The position numbers and the translations under genes were made by a program. This document shows positions 16,384 through 23,621 of a DNA stretch of 45,637 nucleotides, one piece after another. The DNA comes from a virus. The stretch lies in IMG/VR virus record IMGVR_UViG_3300045988_028519; one strand, written 5' to 3'. A model generated the notes under the pieces. The model did no database searches. It had not been told where the DNA came from and saw only the letters and a program-made list of their open reading frames with translations. Position 1 is the stretch's first letter; every line of letters starts with the position of its first letter.

Positions 16384-16422
16384 CCAGTTTTTGTGGTATA
16401 GTGTGGTAAGTTTTCCACAGAT

Positions 16423-16779
16423 TCATGCACAATCTGTTAATAACTTCTCCACTTCCCGCAGGGCGCGAACGTGCATCCGTCCGCGCACATGATCCTCGTT
16501 ATAGTGAATCTTTTCGGCGGTCTCTCTCCACGTCCGACCGTTTACATAGTGCTCGATCAGCAGTGCCCGCAGCGCCGCGTCCTGTACTTTAGCCGTTGTG
16601 CTGATGATCTCGGCCTTAATCAGTGCAAGCCGTTCCTGTTCTCTCTGTATCTTCTCGCTGAGTGCAAGGTAAGCATCGGCTTTGTTTGCGGTCACGTCAC
16701 CACCGCCGCCCGGCGTGTCCTTGATCGTCGCCGTTGCGCTTGTCGCCCGCGTCCACGCCCTTACTCTTGCTTCCTCCAA
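16423..16779 (-). CDS. Late-gene transcriptional regulator, sigma-70 region-4 / DUF1492-like
   Basis: The C-terminus LLIEHYVNGRTWRETAEKIHYNEDHVRGRMHVRALREVEKLL fits the sigma-r4 HTH of phage DUF1492/RinA-type activators. The annotated start is TTG, and the true N-terminus is uncertain (see findings). Confidence 0.6.
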   Translation of the reverse strand: MEEARVRAWTRATSATATIKDTPGGGGDVTANKADAYLALSEKIQREQERLALIKAEIISTTAKVQDAALRALLIEHYVNGRTWRETAEKIHYNEDHVRGRMHVRALREVEKLLTDCA

Positions 16780-16825
16780 TGCTGAGATCGACTTTTCCAG
16801 ATCAATCCCGCGTCTGAGCCATTCC

Positions 16826-17041
16826 TTAGTCGTCGTGTGCTGTCACCTCTTCCGTACCAAATTTCGTGTATCTTCTCCGGCGGCTGATCTTATCCGCTTT
16901 TCTTGTGCATTCCGCTCCGGGTTCGCACCCTCTCAGCTTGCCCGTGTCCACCATGTAATGACACGCCCACAGTTTTGACCCATGACTTGTCCCCAGTACC
17001 CGCCAAAATGCGCACCCAGCGCATTCGCTTTTCTTTTTCAT
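16826..17041 (-). CDS. Small Cys-rich protein
   Basis: 71 aa. Cysteine motifs are CAGCAFW..ACHY..RGCEPGAEC. Its start overlaps an upstream open frame via ATGA. Confidence 0.6.
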   Translation of the reverse strand: MKKKSECAGCAFWRVLGTSHGSKLWACHYMVDTGKLRGCEPGAECTRKADKISRRRRYTKFGTEEVTAHDD

Positions 17042-17121
17042 GCTAATGTTATCTCATTCTCCCGCAGTTCTTCAATCAGATCGTCGATTTTAACGTATTT
17101 TCGGGCGATACTGTCTGCGAG

Positions 17122-17307
17122 TTAGTTTGTTTCGTCCCATAGCCGCCGTAATCGGTCATAGTCGTACCCTTCTTTATCCCGTAGAACGCTAAACATAATT
17201 GCCCATGTAGACGCAACCGCCGTGTTCGTTGCGTCTCGTTTGGCTTTTTCTATGTCACCCTGCGTCGCCGGTATTCGGTATGGGTTGACTTTCTTTTTCT
17301 TCGCCAT
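17122..17307 (-). CDS. Hypothetical early protein
   Basis: Start chosen at the ATG 7 nt after GGAGG (MAKKKKVNPYRIP..). Confidence 0.55.
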   Translation of the reverse strand: MAKKKKVNPYRIPATQGDIEKAKRDATNTAVASTWAIMFSVLRDKEGYDYDRLRRLWDETN

Positions 17308-17376
17308 TTCCGTACCTCCAATTTTCATACCGTCGCATCTCGTCCAGATACTGCCGCATCTCCGCGCTGTACTGCT

Positions 17377-17691
17377 TCACTCGTCCATCCGCTCCAACAT
17401 ATCAAGGTACTTTCTCGCCATTGCCGCCACCTGTATAGCCTCGCAAGCCGCAGCTTCGGCGTACTGCCCAACCAGTGCCACCTGCAGCGACGTTGGGATA
17501 CCGTCACGGATTCGGCGCCAGAGCTGCTCCATCGCCATCTCGATACTGTCGCATTCTTTCCGCAGTTCCTCGGCTTCCTCCGTAATGATTGCCCATCCCT
17601 CGTGCTCCGAGTGGAACTGCGGAAAACGCTCATTTGCGCTTTCCAGTTCCTTTTCAACGAGCATCTTTACGTCTTCACTTACTGCATTCAT
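17377..17691 (-). CDS. Hypothetical protein, weakly MazG-like all-alpha (HSEHEGWAIITEEAEEL)
   Basis: ORF with an internal start after AGGAAG. The functional hint is weak. Confidence 0.45.
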   Translation of the reverse strand: MNAVSEDVKMLVEKELESANERFPQFHSEHEGWAIITEEAEELRKECDSIEMAMEQLWRRIRDGIPTSLQVALVGQYAEAAACEAIQVAAMARKYLDMLERMDE

Positions 17692-17704
17692 TATTTTCTT
17701 CCTT

Positions 17705-18070
17705 TCAAACACAAATCATCGGCGGGTGCGGAATCTCCGTATCTACCGGTCTCCACAGGTGCAGGCAGTACGGATGGTTATTGATGTACTCCGACTTAGG
17801 CGGGTGGAATTGCATAACACGCTCGTCCTCGCCGAAAAACATATCCTTAATAGCGCACATCTCGTCCCACGTCGGGCAGCACTTGCGCTGTGCAGAGCCG
17901 GGCGAAACGCTGACGTGCTCCCATCCCATGCCGTTGCTTGCGATCACCCGGAACGACTTGCCGCCGACATACACCTTGAAAACACCGTTTCCGCTGTCGC
18001 CGGTGCATCCGTAAAACTCGCGTTCTCTGTCTTTCAGTCGGAACTTGTCCAGCTTGTGCAGGTCAATCAT
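17705..18070 (-). CDS. Conserved phage protein of unknown function
   Basis: 121 aa. The motif GWEHVSVS..CPTWDEMCAIKDMFFGEDERVMQFHPP..LHLW recurs in many phages. Confidence 0.6.
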   Translation of the reverse strand: MIDLHKLDKFRLKDREREFYGCTGDSGNGVFKVYVGGKSFRVIASNGMGWEHVSVSPGSAQRKCCPTWDEMCAIKDMFFGEDERVMQFHPPKSEYINNHPYCLHLWRPVDTEIPHPPMICV

Positions 18071-18464
18071 ACAGGTTCACTCCTTCAATCTCCGCACGGA
18101 TTTCCAACGTATACAGATAGTCAGACATGTGCTCACGCTGTGCTTTTAGCAGCTCGATAGGGCATTTCAGCGTAAAATCAAGCGTGCCCGCCGCGTGCTT
18201 AACAAGTAGCCGATTCAGCTTTTCATAGCGTTCCTTCGTCTCGTGGTACTCGCGCTTCATGTGCTCCTGCCATGTGTTTGTATCGGGGTCAGGCTCGTTT
18301 GGTTCACTTCCCAGTTTCGTTTTTTCTCCAAGCGTTTTCATTAGATGCAAAGCATCGGCGCAAATCATACCGAACTCGCATCTATCCTCGTCGTTATCAA
18401 AGTCAAACAGTACCATATTGCGCGACATCAATTCCGCGCATTCAATCGCTCCATCAATCGTCAT
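18063..18464 (-). CDS. Hypothetical early protein
   Basis: 133-aa ORF that overlaps its neighbours in the manner of translational coupling. Confidence 0.55.
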   Translation of the reverse strand: MTIDGAIECAELMSRNMVLFDFDNDEDRCEFGMICADALHLMKTLGEKTKLGSEPNEPDPDTNTWQEHMKREYHETKERYEKLNRLLVKHAAGTLDFTLKCPIELLKAQREHMSDYLYTLEIRAEIEGVNLYD

Positions 18465-18828
18465 TTTTCATTCTCCTCATCGCTTTTGCCGTCCATGGTT
18501 CAAATGCCGTGATTTTATCGAGTAATCCGTGCGGATTCCCGTCAAAACAAATAGCTCGGTCGTCAACATACACAATCGCAGGCGGTTTTTCCTTCATCAC
18601 ATCGTCAACAACAATGTCGTGCTTGGCCAGATATTCCTTTACGGCCATAATGCCGTCTGGTGTATCGCAGCGGGTCGATACAACAACTACTCGGTACAAT
18701 TTCCGAATGTCGTTAATTGCCTCTCTGATTCCCTGCACCGGTGGGTCGGGAATAACCGTTTTCCCCTTCCAACCGGAAGTATAACTGTGAATAACGCCGT
18801 CAAAATCAAATACAACAGTTGGTGTCAT
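18454..18828 (-). CDS. HAD-superfamily phosphatase / nucleotidase-like protein
   Basis: The N-terminal motif I is VVFDFDGVIHSY, with a later VYVDDR acidic motif. Confidence 0.6.
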   Translation of the reverse strand: MTPTVVFDFDGVIHSYTSGWKGKTVIPDPPVQGIREAINDIRKLYRVVVVSTRCDTPDGIMAVKEYLAKHDIVVDDVMKEKPPAIVYVDDRAICFDGNPHGLLDKITAFEPWTAKAMRRMKNDD

Positions 18829-19163
18829 TTTTCTGTTCCTCCATAGTGTTCAACAATGAACCGGTTCGCCGTGGTTTCCGGCGCGGTTTTCCATGCAATC
18901 AAGCCGATCACGTTCGTGAGCAACATCACACCGACAAAAATCAATCCGCAGGCAGTGTATAAACCAAACACCGGTACCCCTTCGCTGTTGCATATGACAC
19001 AAGCCAAGAGGATAAAAATTGATAAACCTATCGCCAGTGCGCCCAAAATTACAAGCCATTGAAACTTGACCGATTCCCGCGCAATAACCTCCTGCACCAG
19101 TGTTTCCGGCGTAACGCCCATCTGAGCGGCGATTTCAGCAATGGTCATTGTGGTAATCCTCAA
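18825..19163 (-). CDS. Membrane protein (two TM helices)
   Basis: The hydrophobic segments are WLVILGALAIGLSIFILLACVI and VFGLYTACGLIFVGVMLLTNVIGLIAW. Confidence 0.6.
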   Translation of the reverse strand: MRITTMTIAEIAAQMGVTPETLVQEVIARESVKFQWLVILGALAIGLSIFILLACVICNSEGVPVFGLYTACGLIFVGVMLLTNVIGLIAWKTAPETTANRFIVEHYGGTEK

Positions 19164-19452
19164 TCACATCAATGCCGTATGCAATAGCGCACTCGTTCTC
19201 GATTCTGCATCCGCGGTACTTATCCCAGTCCTTCGCGAAATAAGCGACGTCAGCCGTAGACAGTAGTTCCAGTGACTTAGCCAGATACCAAAGCGGACGC
19301 GCGTCATGTGGCGCGCTCCGGAAGAACGAATCAATCACTTCCACCGGCTCACCAAGTTCACGCTCTGCGGATTCGATAGCTTTTGCGCGGACTGCGAGAA
19401 TTTCCTCATCTGTCTTGTCCTTCATAGGCTGAGAAATAAATAACTTTTTCAT
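19135..19452 (-). CDS. Hypothetical protein (weakly DUF4406 / nucleoside-deoxyribosyltransferase-like)
   Basis: The MKKLFISQPMKDKTDEEI.. start resembles that fold family. Weak. Confidence 0.4.
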   Translation of the reverse strand: MKKLFISQPMKDKTDEEILAVRAKAIESAERELGEPVEVIDSFFRSAPHDARPLWYLAKSLELLSTADVAYFAKDWDKYRGCRIENECAIAYGIDVIEDYHNDHC

Positions 19453-19724
19453 TCTTCTACCCTCTCATACGTCTTTTCAAAAATATCCGGCTTGCAGGGG
19501 TAAAACTCGCCGTTTACACCCTTGATGATGTAGTCGCCGATAGTGGCGTACATCATGCCCTCAAGAGTGCTTATCATCAAATCGTAATTAAGAATCACAC
19601 CATCTGCACGCTGCTTGCGAGCAGTAAAAATTGCTTTGTTTCCACAGAAATTCGCAATTCCTTCGCGGTTCTTACCCGTCCAACGGACGGCCTCAATCTC
19701 CACGGGTTTCTTTCTGTACTTCAT
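19449..19724 (-). CDS. Conserved small phage protein
   Basis: Its ATG overlaps the upstream stop (ATGA). The product is MKYRKKPVEIEAVRW..YPCKPDIFEKTYE. Confidence 0.6.
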   Translation of the reverse strand: MKYRKKPVEIEAVRWTGKNREGIANFCGNKAIFTARKQRADGVILNYDLMISTLEGMMYATIGDYIIKGVNGEFYPCKPDIFEKTYERVEE

Positions 19725-20275
19725 TCCGTTACCCCCTCGCACTCCGCCCCGCAAGCCGCATAGCCTGCAAGATCAATCCAACTGTCAGCCTTTCCGCCGC
19801 CTGCTGCAATGCGTGCAATCTTGAGCAGCGCCATCATCATGGCAACGTCGTTCGCGTCGATATACACACCGCCCGCCTCATCCACGCACGCGCGCCTGAG
19901 GTATGTTTCCCAAAGTTCTGCGATCGTCTCAAAATTATCCTCCGGCGTGCCGTATTCCGTCTCGCGCTGTCCGCATACGCACTTCTCCGCCGCGTGCAGG
20001 ATGTCCGCACGGGTCAGCTTGCGCTTCACGTCCTCACTATTTTCCTCGACTGTCTCGGCAATAGCAGGCGTGTCGTCCTCGATCACCTCATAGCCAAAGT
20101 ATTGCGCCGTTTCTCTTTGGTGCTCGATTGTATAGGCATAGCAACTATCCTGCTCCTTGAGCGCCTTGTCTCTAATCATGCAGCTTCCACAGTGGTAGTG
20201 AGTTCCTGCAAAACAGGTTTCACGCAGCAGTGCGTCGATATTGTCGTACACCTTCCCGTCTTTCTTAAACTTCAT
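19721..20275 (-). CDS. Protein with a C-terminal DUF6378-like phage domain
   Basis: The C-terminus reads RETEYGTPEDNFETIAELWETYL..NDVAMMMALLKIARIA..ADSWIDLAGYAA. Confidence 0.5.
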   Translation of the reverse strand: MKFKKDGKVYDNIDALLRETCFAGTHYHCGSCMIRDKALKEQDSCYAYTIEHQRETAQYFGYEVIEDDTPAIAETVEENSEDVKRKLTRADILHAAEKCVCGQRETEYGTPEDNFETIAELWETYLRRACVDEAGGVYIDANDVAMMMALLKIARIAAGGGKADSWIDLAGYAACGAECEGVTE

Positions 20276-20534
20276 CGTCTGTATCTCCATCCTTTCTCTC
20301 GCCGTAGCTGCAAAAATCGTCTTGCTGCATCGCTTTCATACTTGAAGAGCAAAAGAGAACCCCCGAAGCAGCCGAAAAGCTATTGATATATGCGTACTTG
20401 CAATCCTTGCACCGCACCACCGGCGCAACGTCGGCAGCAGGAATCTTGCGTATCTCAGCAAAAGCTGTTGCATAATCACCGCTTGTACGCTTTACGATTT
20501 CCAACGCCGCATCACGCTCAATATACTCAGCCAT
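20265..20534 (-). CDS. Paralog 3 of the MAEYIER..PAADVAPVV family
   Basis: The product is MAEYIERDAALEIV..IPAADVAPVVRCKDCKY... It shares a 22-nt identical 5' end with the gene at 21295-21573. Confidence 0.65.
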   Translation of the reverse strand: MAEYIERDAALEIVKRTSGDYATAFAEIRKIPAADVAPVVRCKDCKYAYINSFSAASGVLFCSSSMKAMQQDDFCSYGERKDGDTDDEV

Positions 20535-20721
20535 TTTCTGTCCTCCTGTTCCACGCTTCAATCACTTTTTCAACAGCACTGGTTTTGTAACATTCACTGT
20601 CCACCAAAATTTTTGAAGAAGCGTGACATTTAGCACAAAGCACTCTTACGCCGTCATTTACAAACAACCTCGCTTCTCCACCACAGAAAGGACAAGATTT
20701 AAGTTCAATCATTGCCTTCAC
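20527..20721 (-). CDS. Lar-family restriction-alleviation-like protein
   Basis: ELKSCPFCGGEARLF..VLCAKCHASS..AVEKVIEAWNRR matches the Lar family signature (PCPFCGG ... C..C ... A..AWNRR). Confidence 0.65.
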   Translation of the reverse strand: MKAMIELKSCPFCGGEARLFVNDGVRVLCAKCHASSKILVDSECYKTSAVEKVIEAWNRRTENG

Positions 20722-20947
20722 CTCCGTCCATATTCTTCATAATGCTTTGTACGATTGTCTCAATCAAACGGCACTCATCAGCAGAGAAAAGTGACAGATC
20801 GCACGTTGTCTCAATCGGATCAAACATCTTTTCACAGATTAACCCGGCCGCCAAATGCTTGTTTGCTAAATCCATTGTCCGCCTCTCCTCAATTTTTGCA
20901 CGGAGAACAAAACAATCTATCAATCCAAGATACTTTTCCGTCGCCAT
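20705..20947 (-). CDS. Hypothetical small protein (start uncertain: 20947 or 21025)
   Basis: The ORF overlaps the tail of 20889-21302 in another frame. Third-position GC does not discriminate between the two frames. Confidence 0.35.
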   Translation of the reverse strand: MATEKYLGLIDCFVLRAKIEERRTMDLANKHLAAGLICEKMFDPIETTCDLSLFSADECRLIETIVQSIMKNMDGGEGND

Positions 20948-21302
20948 AAGTAGCGCATTTCTTCGATTGGCAAGTTTTATTCTCTTTGTGGAAATAGAGA
21001 TGCAGTCCTTGCACGGATTCCGCATTATCCATCTTTGCGCCGCAGTTGGGGCAGTAAGGCTTGTCGTACTCTTTCGAGAAATTCCGGCAGCGGGTGCACT
21101 GCTCCTCATAGTTTCCCGTTTCTGGATTGAACCGTCCCGTGCCCCACCGCCCATGCACCACCGGGGCCACGTCGGCGGCAGGCGCTTTCAGAACAGTTGC
21201 AACGCAATCGTCATATCCGCGCCGGTACATAGGCGAGACGTTGTATGATTCCATTGCTCTAAGTTGTGCAAGTAATACTTCTCTCGCAATGTATTCAGGC
21301 AT
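20889..21302 (-). CDS. Paralog 2 of the family, with a CPNCGAKM zinc ribbon and a 45-aa C-terminal extension
   Basis: The product is MPEYIAREVL..APAADVAPVVHGRW..CTRC..YCPNCGAKM. GGAGG precedes the ATG at 21302. Confidence 0.6.
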   Translation of the reverse strand: MPEYIAREVLLAQLRAMESYNVSPMYRRGYDDCVATVLKAPAADVAPVVHGRWGTGRFNPETGNYEEQCTRCRNFSKEYDKPYCPNCGAKMDNAESVQGLHLYFHKENKTCQSKKCATYGDGKVSWIDRLFCSPCKN

Positions 21303-21573
21303 TGCCTGTACCTCCGCCCATCTTCGCCCCGCAATTCGGGCAATAGCTATACGAACGATCAACAGACGGGTCAAGTGTCCACCAATTACAAATCGAGCAC
21401 CTTAATTGACCATAAGTGTTGATAGTCGGAAGATCGTATTCCCACCTCCCATGCACCACCGGCACAACGTCGGCGGCAGGAACGTCGCGCAACTCCCAAA
21501 GCGGATTAAGCCCCTTTAGGTGCGCTTCTCCGACTGCATCTTCCGCCGCTTCACGCTCAATATACTCAGCCAT
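21295..21573 (-). CDS. Paralog 1 of the family, with a zinc ribbon
   Basis: The product is MAEYIEREAAEDAV..VPAADVVPVVHGRW..CSIC..YCPNCGAKM. GGGAGGG precedes the ATG. Confidence 0.65.
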   Translation of the reverse strand: MAEYIEREAAEDAVGEAHLKGLNPLWELRDVPAADVVPVVHGRWEYDLPTINTYGQLRCSICNWWTLDPSVDRSYSYCPNCGAKMGGGTGNA

Positions 21574-21623
21574 TCCTAACCCTCCCAAATCTCAATAAAG
21601 CTATCGTACATGGTGTTTCCCTC

Positions 21624-21809
21624 CTATCTCGTCGCAATAACCTTGACTGCACACTCTCCGCGATCTGCTACATACCACGCGCAGCGCTCATTCACACAAC
21701 CACTGTAAAAACGATTTCCCGCGTCCGGCATAAGAAACGGACAATAAGCCTCCCGTTCTTTTTTCTTCTGATCGTCGCTCTTCTCATCATCAATAATCTT
21801 ATTCCACAT
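21624..21809 (-). CDS. Small Cys-rich protein (61 aa)
   Basis: The ATG follows GGGAGG. The product is MWNKIIDDEKSDDQKKKEREAYCPFLMPDAGNRFYSGCVNERCAWYVADRGECAV... Confidence 0.55.
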   Translation of the reverse strand: MWNKIIDDEKSDDQKKKEREAYCPFLMPDAGNRFYSGCVNERCAWYVADRGECAVKVIATR

Positions 21810-21992
21810 CGTTTTCCTCCCATTCCTCGCACGTCTCATCTTCCAACCGAAAATCCGCCCGGTGCTCGCTGTCACCGTTGCAGCAGACACCGCAAAACGG
21901 CTCGTACCACTTGCAATTTCCGCAAGTTAAGGCTAACTTTACCCCCCCCCACAAAACGGCAGGGCTTCAATTTGATTTCGCACATTTTTCAT
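21799..21992 (-). pseudogene. Lar-like / Cys-rich small gene split by a G9 (plus-strand C9) homopolymer; needs a -1 shift or one extra G
   Basis: Frame 0 reads MKNVRNQIEALPFCGGG, then TAA at 21939-21941. The -1 frame continues VKLALTCGNCKWYEPFCGVCCNGDSEHRADFRLEDETCEEWEENDVE and stops at 21799. The span is 194 nt, which is not a multiple of 3. Confidence 0.55.
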
Positions 21993-22675
21993 CCCTCCAT
22001 TTCTTTTCGCAGCGAATCCTTGATGTAGTAGTCAAGCCAAAGCCGCTGGCAGAGCTGTTCCACATCCTGCCCGAACTGCTTCCAGTCGATATTGCTCGGA
22101 TGGTAGTTCAGTTTCCCGATTTTTACCTTGTCGATAATATCGTGACATTCCGAAAGCATTTCTATAACCCCATGAGGGTTCAACACCGGCTCACAGGAAA
22201 CCCATGTGCTGATACCGCATTGTTTCGCAGAGTAGAGGGCAATCAGCCGATCAGATGGGGCATAGAGGCCAATATCGGAGCCATCGTAGGTGATTCCGTA
22301 CCAGTCATTTTTGTCCAGCAGGTCAAAGTCTCGGCTCCCATCACCCTTTGTGAGAATCTGAACATGGTTCCCGCTCTCTTTGATGACTTTGATGACGGCC
22401 CTAGTGGCGGAAGTGTCGTATCCAGTGGGGTACGGGTCACAGACGAAGCAGAGGTGGATAAGCTGTCCCTTGACCTGCTCTTTCTCCAGCTGCCGCTTCA
22501 GCGCCTCCACCAGCCCAGGGCGGGGTGCTACGATGGTGTGAAAGGTCTCACGATCCCGGTGCAGCACATTCGGTGCGAAACAGTAGTAGCACCTGTGGGG
22601 ACAGCCGGTGTAGATATTGACGGCGTAATCGCCGTATTCCTTGGCTTTTCCTTTCGGAATATACAAAGGTTTCAT
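21989..22675 (-). CDS. Radical SAM protein
   Basis: The CX3CX2C cluster motif is GCPHRCYYCFAP near the N-terminus. Start chosen at the ATG after GGAAGGAGAG. Confidence 0.65.
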   Translation of the reverse strand: MKPLYIPKGKAKEYGDYAVNIYTGCPHRCYYCFAPNVLHRDRETFHTIVAPRPGLVEALKRQLEKEQVKGQLIHLCFVCDPYPTGYDTSATRAVIKVIKESGNHVQILTKGDGSRDFDLLDKNDWYGITYDGSDIGLYAPSDRLIALYSAKQCGISTWVSCEPVLNPHGVIEMLSECHDIIDKVKIGKLNYHPSNIDWKQFGQDVEQLCQRLWLDYYIKDSLRKEMEG

Positions 22676-22802
22676 GTTTTTACTCTCCTTCCCGCCCGGA
22701 ACGCCTTTCATACAATCTGCGATTCCTCGCAGGCAATTAGAACTTTCATGCCTGCTGCACCTCATTCTCCGGTGCAGCGTTCAAAACTGCTTCGTCAACC
22801 AT

Positions 22803-23621
22803 TCACACCACACCTTCCAATCCAATCTGTACCGTTTCCGGCTCTTTCAGCATCTTTTCCACCGCATCGTGGTAAAACTCCTTGCAGATTTCAAATCCGT
22901 AACTATCGCGCCCCAGCTCCCGCGCCGCTCTGAGTGTCGAACCGCTTCCGGCGCATGGGTCAATCACCACATCGCCCGGGTCTGTGAAAATCTCAATCAG
23001 CTTTTTCAGCAGCTTCACCGGCTTCTGTGTCGGGTGTAGCTTTGGCACTTCTCTGCCATCGCGTTCCCAGTCGATATGGTCAAACACCATCTTGCCGCTT
23101 CCGCGAACAACCTTGCCGTTCTCGTCATACTGTCTGCCGTTGTTGAACTTCGGCAGCTTGTCCCGGTACAGTACAACCGCAAACTCAGTTGCGCCTACAA
23201 TCCGCATATTCGCTTTAAGCACCTGTGCGGAATACGGCTTCGTGAAAAACAGCGGATAGCTATTCTTAAATCCATATCTCTTTCCATACTCCATCACCGT
23301 CTGCATCTGGTCGAACGCGCAGAATACGATCATCGCCGGTGCAGTGTTGCGTTCCTTTGGTTCTTTCTTCAACAGCCGGTTGCAGAAGTGCATATACTCT
23401 GCAATCTTGAAATATCCGTCAGTCCGAAAGAAGCTGCTCTTTGCCTTCTTGCTCTCGCCGTTCTTGTTATCTCCGCCAACATACCACATCGGGTTGCTCC
23501 CGTAAGCGTCCGCGCCGATGTTATACGGAATATCCGCAATAACAAGCTGCGCTTTCGGGATGCCGTACCGCTTGTAATTCTGGAAATTGTCGTTGAACAG
23601 CTCGCATTTCAGCTCCTTCAT
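22803..23621 (-). CDS. DNA methyltransferase (N6-adenine / N4-cytosine, beta class)
   Basis: A catalytic DIPY motif lies near the N-terminus and the SAM motif VIDPCAGSGST near the C-terminus. Confidence 0.85.
   Translation of the reverse strand: MKELKCELFNDNFQNYKRYGIPKAQLVIADIPYNIGADAYGSNPMWYVGGDNKNGESKKAKSSFFRTDGYFKIAEYMHFCNRLLKKEPKERNTAPAMIVFCAFDQMQTVMEYGKRYGFKNSYPLFFTKPYSAQVLKANMRIVGATEFAVVLYRDKLPKFNNGRQYDENGKVVRGSGKMVFDHIDWERDGREVPKLHPTQKPVKLLKKLIEIFTDPGDVVIDPCAGSGSTLRAARELGRDSYGFEICKEFYHDAVEKMLKEPETVQIGLEGVV

Noticed and set aside
17041-17125. Stop-codon read-through or recoding: the TAA ending the 17122-17307 gene is in frame with 25 further sense codons (LADSIARKYVKIDDLIEELRENEITLA) that end in an ATGA overlap with the next gene
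   Set aside because: All large genes, including the 2243-aa ORF, are intact under the standard code, so code reassignment is unsupported. There is no start codon or RBS for an independent ORF. It is noted as a curiosity only.
20705-21154. 149-aa form of the ORF overlapping paralog 2
   Set aside because: Its N-terminal part overlaps the conserved PAADVAPVVHGRW-encoding region of 20889-21302. Only the 3' part (from 20947 or 21025) is plausibly coding, and even that is uncertain.
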